Part shown: piece after piece, positions 1 to 8,559 of the stretch
How the letters are laid out: every line of letters begins with the position of its first letter
Position numbering within the stretch: the stretch's first letter is position 1
Assembly (NCBI GenBank): GCA_963790025.1
Contig: CAWBMP010000001.1
Coordinates: forward strand, 1-26,336
From: Nitrospirota bacterium
Lineage (GTDB): Bacteria > Nitrospirota > Thermodesulfovibrionia > Thermodesulfovibrionales > Dissulfurispiraceae
Length of the DNA: 26,336 bases
Direction of reading: 5' to 3'
Notes under the pieces: model-generated
Seen by the model: only the letters and a program-made list of their open reading frames with translations
Told to the model about the DNA's origin: nothing
The model's database searches: none
Position numbers and translations under genes: made by a program

Positions 1-73
1 ATTCCGTCATTACCGGAAGGTTGGAGGAGACAGGTCTGTGATTAAAATTAAAATACCGGATTATTATCGATGA
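1..73 (+). CDS. Possible 3' end of an upstream gene (partial, product unknown)
   Basis: Frame 2 is open from the window edge (FRHYRKVGGDRSVIKIKIPDYYR*). Its TGA at 71-73 overlaps the next ATG at 70-72, the ATGA coupling seen elsewhere in this locus. It is too short to identify, and the other frames cannot be excluded. Confidence 0.35.
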   Translation, partial: FRHYRKVGGDRSVIKIKIPDYYR

Positions 74-1053
74 AAGAAATTTTTGAGATCAGAACGAAAC
101 GTTTTCTGGTCACAGGTGGCACAGGATTTATCGGCAGCGGCCTTGTCAAAGGGCTCCTCGATGCAGGTGCACAGGTGCGGTCACTGGATAACGATTCACG
201 CGGAGGCCGCAGCAAGCTTGGCGCTTACGCTGACCGGGTGGAAATTATTTCGGGAGATATCCGTGATGCGGCGATTGTCCGGAAAGCGGTTTCAGGCGTA
301 GATTGCGTATTTCATCTGGCCTACATCAACGGCACGGAGTTCTTTTATGAAAAGCCGGACATCATTCTTGAAGTGGCCGTCAAGGGCATGATAAATGTTC
401 TGGATGCGTGTACGGCTGAGGGGGTTAAAAATCTTGTCCTTGCCTCCAGTTCGGAAGTATACCAGGTGCCGGCCGTTGTCCCGACGGATGAAACTGCGCC
501 TCTCGTCGTACCGGATGTCCTGAACCCCCGCTACTCATATGGCGGAGGCAAGATCATCAGCGAACTCTTGCTCGTTAATTACGGAAGGAAATACTTCGAC
601 AGGGCCATCATCTTCCGTCCGCATAATGTCTACGGGCCTGATATGGGATGGGAGCACGTCATTCCCCAGTTCGCAATGCGTATGAAAAAATTGTGTGCGG
701 AGACCCAGGGGACCATTGATTTCCCGATTCAGGGCAGTGGAGAGGAAACAAGGGCTTTCATCTATATCGATGATTTCATAGAGGCCCTTATGACAGTTGT
801 TGAAAAGGGAGAACATCTGAATATCTATCATATCGGGACGCCTCAGGAGGTCACCATCCGCAGGCTCGCGGAAATGACAGCCCGCTGTTTCAGTCGTGAA
901 ATCCGGATTGTCCCGGGCCGGCTGCTGCAGGGCAGCACACCGCGTCGCTGTCCGGACGTATCTAAGATAAGCGCCCTTGGGTTCGTTCCCAAAACCGATC
1001 TCGCCTCAGGGCTGTCGAAAACCGTGAGTTGGTATATTCAAAACACAAAATAA
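70..1053 (+). CDS. NAD-dependent NDP-sugar epimerase/dehydratase (extended SDR; UDP-glucuronate decarboxylase-like motifs)
   Basis: 327 aa. TGGTGFIG Rossmann motif, HLA, ASSSEVY, YGGGK (YxxxK), RPHNVYGP, RAFIYIDD and RRCPD motifs. Confidence 0.9.
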   Translation: MKEIFEIRTKRFLVTGGTGFIGSGLVKGLLDAGAQVRSLDNDSRGGRSKLGAYADRVEIISGDIRDAAIVRKAVSGVDCVFHLAYINGTEFFYEKPDIILEVAVKGMINVLDACTAEGVKNLVLASSSEVYQVPAVVPTDETAPLVVPDVLNPRYSYGGGKIISELLLVNYGRKYFDRAIIFRPHNVYGPDMGWEHVIPQFAMRMKKLCAETQGTIDFPIQGSGEETRAFIYIDDFIEALMTVVEKGEHLNIYHIGTPQEVTIRRLAEMTARCFSREIRIVPGRLLQGSTPRRCPDVSKISALGFVPKTDLASGLSKTVSWYIQNTK

Positions 1054-1167
1054 ACCACAGAGCACACGAGAGAAATATCATTAAAAAACAAGAACACAAA
1101 AGCGTTCTGGAGTGCACAGAGGAAGGCACAACGTTCAATTTATCTTTTCTCTGTGATCTCTGTGGTT
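1053..1167. repeat. Intergenic imperfect inverted-repeat element (REP/MITE-like, CACAGAG-based arms)
   Basis: Left arm AACCACAGAGCACACGAGAGAAA (1053-1075). The right arm at 1145-1167 reverse-complements to AACCACAGAGATCACAGAGAAAA. Pairing is 10 bp perfect, 2 mismatches, 3 bp, a 1-nt bulge, then 7 bp. An extra CACAGAG lies at 1115-1121. Confidence 0.8.
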
Positions 1168-1189
1168 AAGAAAGTAGGAGCAGGATCAG

Positions 1190-2575
1190 TTGAATTATAA
1201 CACCGTCCAGTTTATATTGTTATTTTTTCCTATAACGCTTATTTTGTTTTATTTATTTCCCAAACAGTTTCGCCTGCCTATACTATTGATTGCTTCTTTG
1301 TTCTTTTATTGGACTTCCGGAACCGTTGCTTTGGAATGTATGGTAATTGCCGTATTGTGGGGATACCTGACCGCTTTTTTGACGATGAAGTATCCAACCT
1401 TTTCTACTAAAATTGTCACTGTATCCTTGCCATTATTTATGTTATTCATGTTTAAATATCTCAATTTTACGTTAACAACGTTTGGCGCCGGTGAGAACAT
1501 AAGAAGCAGTTTTAATTTTTTTTTGAGTGTCACTATTCCGGCCGGTGTGAGTTTTTATACCTTTCATATTCTCAGCTATTCTCTTGATGTTGCAAGCGGT
1601 AAAATAAAAATCGAAAAAAACCCGCTTAAAATGGCCCTGTATGTAACTTTTTTCCCTCAACTCATAGCTGGTCCAATCCCGCGATACTGGCAAATAGAAT
1701 CACAACTGGAGAAGTTGAAAAATATAGATGCTTTAAAGCCGGATATAGTAAGCGGGATAAAGTATGTCTCCTATGGTATGTTTGTCAAAGTTTTCATTGC
1801 AGACAGATTATTTATTTGGCAGGATACCATATTTTATTCCTGTTTCAATTCAAGTTTACGTGTTGGTGAATTGAGCTCATTGGATGTGCTGTTCAACATA
1901 CTCGCATATTCATACAGGATTTATTTTGATTTTTGGGCATATTCGATAATCGCTATTGGTCTTGGGAAGTTTTTTTGCATAGAACTTCCGAGAAATTTTA
2001 ATGAACCCTATATTTCATTAAATCCGAAAGAATTCTGGCGTCGATGGCATATGACATTATCTTTCTGGCTAAAAGACTATGTTTATTTGCCCCTGGGCGG
2101 AAATAAGAAATACGTCCGCAACATAATGATCATCTTCCTTGCCTGTGGATTATGGCATGGCGCCGGATGGAGATTCGTAATCTGGGGAGCATATCATGCC
2201 TTTTTCGTTATTCTCTATCACTTTTTCAGAAGGCAATGGGACTCATTGGCTGCCGCAGTTCAAACAGCTATTACATTCACGATAATTTCATTTGGCTGGC
2301 CCCTGTTTTTCCATAACCCCTTCGGTCATGGCCAATACCAGGAAATGCTCGGGATTTTATTCAGTTTCAGGGGAGGTTTGGGCCAGTTCAGGCTTTGGCA
2401 TTGGGCTGCCCTGCTGATATTGGGAGCATTTGTCTTTTTCGTTAGAGAAGAAAAATGGCTATATAATGAAAAACCGGTTCCTCTTATCGACAGTCCGGTG
2501 TTTCAGGGGTGTGCCATGATACTGGCTATTACTTTTTTTGAATACTCGCAGACGTTTATTTATTTCAGGTTTTAA
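1190..2575 (+). CDS. MBOAT family O-acyltransferase (AlgI/PatA/DltB-like)
   Basis: 461 aa, polytopic. PAGVSFYTF, FFPQLIAGPI, YFDF, NFNEPY, FWRRWHMTLSFWLKDYVYLPLGG, GLWHGA (catalytic His codon at 2156-2158) and C-terminal FIYFRF. TTG start preceded by AGGAG. Confidence 0.95.
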   Translation: MNYNTVQFILLFFPITLILFYLFPKQFRLPILLIASLFFYWTSGTVALECMVIAVLWGYLTAFLTMKYPTFSTKIVTVSLPLFMLFMFKYLNFTLTTFGAGENIRSSFNFFLSVTIPAGVSFYTFHILSYSLDVASGKIKIEKNPLKMALYVTFFPQLIAGPIPRYWQIESQLEKLKNIDALKPDIVSGIKYVSYGMFVKVFIADRLFIWQDTIFYSCFNSSLRVGELSSLDVLFNILAYSYRIYFDFWAYSIIAIGLGKFFCIELPRNFNEPYISLNPKEFWRRWHMTLSFWLKDYVYLPLGGNKKYVRNIMIIFLACGLWHGAGWRFVIWGAYHAFFVILYHFFRRQWDSLAAAVQTAITFTIISFGWPLFFHNPFGHGQYQEMLGILFSFRGGLGQFRLWHWAALLILGAFVFFVREEKWLYNEKPVPLIDSPVFQGCAMILAITFFEYSQTFIYFRF

Positions 2576-2635
2576 TAATATCCATGTTTTTTGTTTTGTG
2601 CCGGCCAGGCTTTTATAAGTAGAGGTTTTTTTCAG

Positions 2636-3820
2636 GTGAACAATAAGGTTAAGCATTCTCTGTATTTTTTGATTGTTCTGGTCTCTTACCTAGTTTTAGG
2701 GGCCTTTGTCAGGGCTAATAACGTTCCCAGGTATGATGCCATAAATTTCTATGACCTGAAAAAGGGCTGTGTGTTTAATTTTTATGGTTTTACGCCGCAA
2801 GACAGCGCAAATATTAAAATTGCATTTATAGAGAACTTCACTCCCGCTGCTGTGGGCGCTTTTGGATGCCATGTCATAGATGATTTTTCCGTATCCGCCT
2901 TTCCAAAAGGAACCCCTGATAAATATTTTTATAATTACGACTTTCCGCATATATCCCTTCTCGAAACAAGGGACTTGCTGGCTTATCTGGCGAGTAAAAA
3001 TAAACTTCCCGGACAATTGGTTATTGTATCAATACTTGGTCCTTTGCACGCTGATGGCATCCTAATCCTCGACAGATCGGAGGATTTTCCTTTGGATATC
3101 GTTAATTTTTTTAATCTATACAGGGAACGTCAGAATTCATTTCTCTTGCCGGCATTAAATAGCATATTGAAATCATTAGATCAGTTTGAAATGTATATGA
3201 AAGCAACATATAACTATAAAACACTGCTTCTAGGTTTGTTAAAAAAAGATGACTTTAAGCAGCGGATATTATCACCGGATGATTGCAGGCAGCTTAAAAT
3301 TGATAAAGGGAGCACAAATTCTATGCTTACTAAGATTCTTCCTAAAATGGGTTTATTCACTATGATGGCACAAAACAATTTAAAAAATTATTGTTCCAAT
3401 CTGGATTTGTCACTTTTAGCCGATGGTTCCCGAATTCCACAAGAATTATTCTTACCTGATTCAGAGAGGAGAAGATTACATGACCAGCTTCATATGGATG
3501 AAAACAAAGACGATGACAAAGCTTCGAAATTGCAATATGGAGATGAAAAAGTCATTGCAAAGATTATGATAGACATAAATAGAATAGTTACAGAAAAAGG
3601 GAGAAAAGTCGTTTTTGTAATAACCCCTTTATATAGAGAAGATAAAAAGTTTCTTCCGGATGAGATTTTATCAAATGCACTCAAAATGGTCCCGGACCTG
3701 AACATAATCGATCATAGGCATATAGAAAAAGATAAAAGGTATTTTATTGATGAAGTGCACCCATCAAACGAATATTTCTCATATCTCGTAAGAGTCCTCC
3801 AATCTAAGAAACTTATTTGA
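2636..3820 (+). CDS. Membrane-anchored SGNH/DltD-like protein, probable extracytoplasmic acyltransferase partner of the MBOAT (paralog 1)
   Basis: Start moved from 2591 to GTG 2636, based on AGAGG at 2621-2625 and alignment with the paralog's N-terminus. N-terminal hydrophobic anchor, AFGCH at the block I position, FYNY, KVVFVITP, and C-terminal IDEVHPS (DxxH). Lies directly downstream of the MBOAT. Confidence 0.65.
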   Translation: MNNKVKHSLYFLIVLVSYLVLGAFVRANNVPRYDAINFYDLKKGCVFNFYGFTPQDSANIKIAFIENFTPAAVGAFGCHVIDDFSVSAFPKGTPDKYFYNYDFPHISLLETRDLLAYLASKNKLPGQLVIVSILGPLHADGILILDRSEDFPLDIVNFFNLYRERQNSFLLPALNSILKSLDQFEMYMKATYNYKTLLLGLLKKDDFKQRILSPDDCRQLKIDKGSTNSMLTKILPKMGLFTMMAQNNLKNYCSNLDLSLLADGSRIPQELFLPDSERRRLHDQLHMDENKDDDKASKLQYGDEKVIAKIMIDINRIVTEKGRKVVFVITPLYREDKKFLPDEILSNALKMVPDLNIIDHRHIEKDKRYFIDEVHPSNEYFSYLVRVLQSKKLI

Positions 3821-5034
3821 CCGGTAATCGGGTGAACAATAACATCAGGCATTCTATTTATTTTTTGGTTGTTCTGATCTCCTACCTGGTTTTGGGAGCT
3901 CTGGTCAGGGCACATGACGTTCCCAGGTATGATGCAATAAACTTCTACGGCCTGAAGAAAGACAACGTATTCAGTTTTTATGGCCTTACGGAACAAGACA
4001 GGGCAAATATCAAAACTGCATTCATAGAGAAGTTCCCCCCTGCCGCTGTGGGCGCCTTCGGATGTCATATCATAGACGGTTTTTCAGTTGCTGCTTTTCC
4101 AAAAGGGACCCCCGGCAAATATTTCTACAATTACAACTTTCCACACATGTCTCTTCTCGAAACCAGGGACTACCTGGCTTATCTGGCAAGTATAGATAAA
4201 CTTCCCGGTCAACTGGTAATTGTGTCGATACTCGATCCTTTATTTGTCAGCACTGCGCACATTTCGGGGTTAATGATTCTCGACAAGTCGGACAATCTTC
4301 CATCAGATATTGTTAATTTTTTTGATTCTTACAATGTGCGAAATTCCTTTCTCCCGCCGTTATTAAATAAGGTATTGAAAGTATTGGATCAGTTTGAAAT
4401 GTATATAAAAGCAACATATAACTACAAAACACTGCTTCTGGGACTGTTAAAGAAGGATGATTTTAATCGAAGGGTATTCTCACTGGATGATTGCAGGCAG
4501 CTTGCTACTGTTAAAGAGAGCACGAATTCCATTCTTCCCAGGGTCCTTCCTAAAATAGGCTTATTCACCGTTTTGGAACAAAACAATTCAAAAAATTATT
4601 GTTCCCATCTGGATTTGACGCTTTTAGCCGATGGTTCCAGGACCGCTCAGGAAATTTCCGTATCCGATACCGGGAGAAAAAGGGATTACGAATTTGTGGT
4701 GGATAGACGCATAGATAATGATAGTCGTTCAGAATTGCAGTATGGAGATGAAAAAGTCATCGCAGGGATTATGAGAGATATAAACAGGATAGTTACGGAA
4801 AAAGGCAGGAAAGTTGTTTTTGTGATAACTCCATTATATAAAGAAGGTCATAACCTTCCAGGTGAGATTTTGTCAAACGCCCTCAAAATGGTCCCTGACT
4901 TGAACGTAATCGATCACAGGTATATTAAGAAAAATGAGAATTATTTTATCGATCATGAGCATCCCTCAAACGAATATTTCTCCTATCTCGTAAAAATCCT
5001 GCAATCCAGGAAACTTATAGAACTGTCCAATTAA
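3817..5034 (+). CDS. Membrane-anchored SGNH/DltD-like protein (paralog 2, tandem duplicate)
   Basis: TTG overlaps the upstream TGA (alternative GTG at 3832). Aligns end to end with paralog 1, with shared blocks VPRYDAINFY, PAAVGAFGCH, KATYNYKTLLLGLLKKDDF, LQYGDEKVIA and HPSNEYFSYLV. DxxH motif is IDHEHPS. Confidence 0.65.
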   Translation: MTGNRVNNNIRHSIYFLVVLISYLVLGALVRAHDVPRYDAINFYGLKKDNVFSFYGLTEQDRANIKTAFIEKFPPAAVGAFGCHIIDGFSVAAFPKGTPGKYFYNYNFPHMSLLETRDYLAYLASIDKLPGQLVIVSILDPLFVSTAHISGLMILDKSDNLPSDIVNFFDSYNVRNSFLPPLLNKVLKVLDQFEMYIKATYNYKTLLLGLLKKDDFNRRVFSLDDCRQLATVKESTNSILPRVLPKIGLFTVLEQNNSKNYCSHLDLTLLADGSRTAQEISVSDTGRKRDYEFVVDRRIDNDSRSELQYGDEKVIAGIMRDINRIVTEKGRKVVFVITPLYKEGHNLPGEILSNALKMVPDLNVIDHRYIKKNENYFIDHEHPSNEYFSYLVKILQSRKLIELSN

Positions 5035-5062
5035 AAAAGCATTTTGACGAAAGGAGTCGTTT

Positions 5063-6337
5063 ATGACCAAAAGGAGTAATGTATCGATACCATCTCCCGG
5101 CGCGGGTTCCAGCACCGTTGTTGAAAACTGTCAGATATGCGGTAATCCTGATCTGGATTCAATTTTCTTTCTCGGTTATCTTCCCCCTGTCAATCGCATG
5201 AACCCGATCGGAGAGAAGCCGCATGAACAGCCCGGCTACCCGGCTGAGCTGTTGTTTTGTCCGAGGTGCCGGCTTGTCCAACTCGGATTGGTTGTCGACC
5301 CCGGGGTCCTGTTTCCACCGGAGTATCCTTATACCAGCAGCACTACGAAGATCCTGCGGGAGAACTTCGCTGAGCTATACCGGGAATGCACGTCCATCCT
5401 TGATCTGAAGAAGGACGACCTGGTTGTCGACATCGGTTCAAATGACGGCAACCTGCTTTCCAACTTCAAGGACCATCATCGTGTGCTGGGCATCACCCCG
5501 GAGGAAATCGGGCGTATAGCCATTGGCCGCGGCATTCCCACGATTATCGACTATTTTACCGAGCAATCTGTTTCACAGGTCATCAGGGAGCACGGCAATG
5601 CGAGGCTGGTCACAGCCACCAATGTCTTCGCACACATCGGAAACGTCAACGCCGTTGTGGAGCAGATAATGCGGCTGCTCAAGCCGGGAGGCGTTTTTAT
5701 TTCGGAATCGCATTATCTCCTGCCGCTGATAGAGACCTTGCAGTACGATACCATCTATCATGAGCATCTCCGCTATTATTCCCTGCACAGCCTGCAATAT
5801 TTACTGGAAAGCCACGGTTTGCAGATATTCCATGCAAAACGTATCCCGACCCATGGCGGTTCCATTAGGGTTTATGCCGCAAGAAAAGGAGACTGTCCTG
5901 TTAAGCCGACTGTGGCTGATCTTCTCAAGGCTGAGGCTGCCGTGGTCCTGGACAGGAAGGACCTCATGGAATTCAAAAAAAAGGTTGTTATCTCCAAGCT
6001 GAGACTGCATAAGATGCTTCTTGCAATCAAGGAGAAAGGGGAGCGTGTCTATGGAATCAGCGCACCCTCACGGGCGAGCACGCTTATCAACTATGTCGGC
6101 CTGGACGACGGGATCATCGACTTTGTTCTCGAAATACAGGGTTCCCATAAGATCGGCAAGTATGTCCCCGGTACGCTTATTCCCGTAATCGAGGAATCCC
6201 GTCTGTTCGAAGACCAGCCGGAATACGCCTTTCTCTTTTCCTGGCATATTGCCGACGAACTGGTGCCGAAACTGAAACAGAAGGGCTTTAAAGGCAAATT
6301 TATCGTACCATTGCCGGAACCACGAATTATAGGGTAA
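5063..6337 (+). CDS. SAM-dependent NDP-sugar C-methyltransferase (TylCIII/EryBIII/TcaB9/NovU-like)
   Basis: 424 aa. Zn-type CQIC...CPRC, YPYTSS, DIGSNDG SAM motif, TNVFAH, YDTIYHEH, PTHGGS, and C-terminal KIGKYVPGTLIP...FIVPLP. SD AAGGAG upstream. Confidence 0.9.
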   Translation: MTKRSNVSIPSPGAGSSTVVENCQICGNPDLDSIFFLGYLPPVNRMNPIGEKPHEQPGYPAELLFCPRCRLVQLGLVVDPGVLFPPEYPYTSSTTKILRENFAELYRECTSILDLKKDDLVVDIGSNDGNLLSNFKDHHRVLGITPEEIGRIAIGRGIPTIIDYFTEQSVSQVIREHGNARLVTATNVFAHIGNVNAVVEQIMRLLKPGGVFISESHYLLPLIETLQYDTIYHEHLRYYSLHSLQYLLESHGLQIFHAKRIPTHGGSIRVYAARKGDCPVKPTVADLLKAEAAVVLDRKDLMEFKKKVVISKLRLHKMLLAIKEKGERVYGISAPSRASTLINYVGLDDGIIDFVLEIQGSHKIGKYVPGTLIPVIEESRLFEDQPEYAFLFSWHIADELVPKLKQKGFKGKFIVPLPEPRIIG

Positions 6338-6339
6338 AT

Positions 6340-8559
6340 ATGATTTTACAGCAAAATCGTTTCTGTCAGATTTTCGGGAAGGTTGTCCTTGGTATTCTGC
6401 TGGTCTTTATGGTGGGCCTGCCGATAGTGCATACGTGGAAAATGTTAGTTTTCCTGGGCGGCATCCTGGCCTTGATCTACAGTGATATCATACTTGAAAA
6501 GAGGCGCGTTATTTGGGGAATAGGGATTGTTGCCTCGATGCTCACTATCAAAGCATTTTTGCCGGCGGCAGGAATCGAGGAGGGACATAATATCTTTCTT
6601 GTTTTTGAACCCGATACAGCATTGAAAGCAGAGGCTGTGAAAGATAACAAAGATATTTATGGCAACCTGATCCCGTCAAAGGAACATGATGAAATGCTCC
6701 TTCTTGCGCAGGGTAAAGGCACTCTTCAGCAGTCTATTCCCGTTCAGATATACAATGACTGGCGGCGAGAATTCAATAGGCTGTATCCCTCAAAGGAACC
6801 TCCTTACCCGAAAGAAATCTGGCAGCATGCGATATCTGCCGGAAATATGCCGGACAGGGCATATGCCTGGTCGGCGGATGCCTTTTGGCGTCCTGCGAAG
6901 TATTCACGGAAAGTCGACCATATAGATTTCAACAGTCTGGCCGAATTCCGGGGCGGATTCGCGAATGACAGGAAATATGATTGGTGGAAAGGCGACTTAT
7001 CGAGGAGGGCGATGCCTTTTTTTGTCATGTATGAATTTTCGGAGCGGAGTACGGGTTGCGAATTATTCTGGAAAGGCCCCCTGTTCTGGGAAAAAACTGA
7101 CGGGTCTTTTGAAAAGATTAACCACCCTGCGCTGACAGGCAAGACAATCACTCGGGCGGATGCGGGCAAAAGGGTCTATATCCTTTTTATGCCCCAGTTT
7201 ACGCCTGTCTTCCCAGTGTATCTTAAACTCAACACGACCCTGGCTGCGAGCCGGACCATTGGCAGCATTCTGACAGCCGTAGGCATTTTGGCGATTTTTA
7301 TGTTGCCGGCACGCTTCCGCTGGCGACCTTTTCTTAATGCAGCAGCCCTTGTTGCGATCGCCATGGTACTCATCTATGCCAGTATTGCATTCAGCGGTGG
7401 TAAACCTCTCGGGGCAAATTATGCATGCCAGGGGGGAGGCGATGACGGGATCTATCATGAATCTTTAGGCCACTACATTGCCGAGGCTTTCAGGCAAGGA
7501 CATGTCGCCGAAGCCCTGGCAGGATATGAGCCGGTTTACGGTGGGACCCCGGGGATGCGTTATTTCCGGGCATTGGAAAAGATAATCTTTGGGGATACGA
7601 ACTTGGGTCTGACCGCGTTCATTGCCTGTATGCCCTTATGGGTGTTTCTTCTTATTCGGCGTTTGTGCGGCGCGAAATGGGCATATAGCGGCGTCTTTGT
7701 ATTTCTCTTTTCTCCAATGAGTTTCTCGTTTGCCCAGTATATCGTCTGCGGCCTTCTCGGCTACGGCGAACCCGTGGGCAGCGGGCTTTTCATTCTCGGG
7801 GCCTTCCTGTTACTGAAATCTCAACCCCGACAAAGCGGCGACGATGGCAGTCCCGAAGATTTCAGTGCCTGGACCGCTTTCCTGGGCGGGGCTTTCCTGG
7901 CCGGCTCATTTTTTATCAGGCCCAATTATGCCATTGCAGCTGTTTTATTGGGCGGTTTTTATATGTATGCCGGTTTGCGTGATGGTCGTTTCCGACTGAT
8001 ATTTCCCGTTATGGTCGGGTTGGGCCTGGCTTCCTTTATGACTTGGCACAACTGGTATTTCGGACATGAGTTTTTCTTGATCAACGGATCAGTCGGAGAT
8101 GCGTTGCCTATCTCACCAATGACGTATATTCAGGCCTTCCGCGAATGGACTGCCGGGCTTATACATAGGACCGGATATGGACAAGCGCCGCATTTGAAGC
8201 AGGCAATGCAGCAGATCGAGAACTGGCTTTGGACGCCGCCTATCCAGCAGTTTCCCTTGCACAAAGGCGTCTCGCTGTTGCTGTTATTAAGACTATTCAC
8301 ACTTCTTGCGACCTTTTACGCCCTGTTTATTTCGCCGAAAAGATTCCCGTGCTTTGCGTTGCTGGCATGGGTCGCATTGGCTGCCCACATTCCCATGCTT
8401 TTGGTCTTCGATACAAAATTTCGTTATGCCCTTCTTGGATGGGATTTGTCCATGATCGTCACCATTATGCTGGCGGCCTATATAATGCGTCATCGTTCCC
8501 TTCCCCCGCTGTGGTACGGCAGAACAAACGCTGCACTTACGGAGCCTCAGGGCAGATGA
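6340..8559 (+). CDS. Large polytopic membrane protein, putative GT-C-type glycosyltransferase (paralog A)
   Basis: 739 aa. About 3 N-terminal TM segments, a ~230-aa soluble loop, then many TM segments. GGGDDG (7432-7449) follows a TM helix; also PGMRY, IFGDTNLG, GYGE, RPN, HNWYFG and FRYA. The ORF is solid but the function is inferred. Confidence 0.55.
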   Translation: MILQQNRFCQIFGKVVLGILLVFMVGLPIVHTWKMLVFLGGILALIYSDIILEKRRVIWGIGIVASMLTIKAFLPAAGIEEGHNIFLVFEPDTALKAEAVKDNKDIYGNLIPSKEHDEMLLLAQGKGTLQQSIPVQIYNDWRREFNRLYPSKEPPYPKEIWQHAISAGNMPDRAYAWSADAFWRPAKYSRKVDHIDFNSLAEFRGGFANDRKYDWWKGDLSRRAMPFFVMYEFSERSTGCELFWKGPLFWEKTDGSFEKINHPALTGKTITRADAGKRVYILFMPQFTPVFPVYLKLNTTLAASRTIGSILTAVGILAIFMLPARFRWRPFLNAAALVAIAMVLIYASIAFSGGKPLGANYACQGGGDDGIYHESLGHYIAEAFRQGHVAEALAGYEPVYGGTPGMRYFRALEKIIFGDTNLGLTAFIACMPLWVFLLIRRLCGAKWAYSGVFVFLFSPMSFSFAQYIVCGLLGYGEPVGSGLFILGAFLLLKSQPRQSGDDGSPEDFSAWTAFLGGAFLAGSFFIRPNYAIAAVLLGGFYMYAGLRDGRFRLIFPVMVGLGLASFMTWHNWYFGHEFFLINGSVGDALPISPMTYIQAFREWTAGLIHRTGYGQAPHLKQAMQQIENWLWTPPIQQFPLHKGVSLLLLLRLFTLLATFYALFISPKRFPCFALLAWVALAAHIPMLLVFDTKFRYALLGWDLSMIVTIMLAAYIMRHRSLPPLWYGRTNAALTEPQGR

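Noticed and set aside
1516..1524. T9 run in the MBOAT gene, plus A8/T8 runs at 5975-5982 and 22968-22975, as phase-variation tracts
   Set aside because: Short A/T runs are expected in Phe/Lys-rich, AT-rich coding sequence. The frames are intact and there are no long G/C tracts.
2576..2635. Possible terminator (GCCGGCCAGGC followed by TTTT) after the MBOAT gene
   Set aside because: The stem is only about 3 bp, too weak to call.
5046..5062. Mini hairpin ACGA-AAGGAG-TCGT enclosing the SD of the C-methyltransferase
   Set aside because: The 4-5 bp stem could arise by chance, and the SD would sit exposed in the loop.
8229..8555. Long N-terminal extension of the Gfo/Idh/MocA ORF in the ORF track
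   Set aside because: It overlaps the upstream gene by more than 300 bp. The Rossmann motif begins just after ATG 8556, which has an ATGA overlap.
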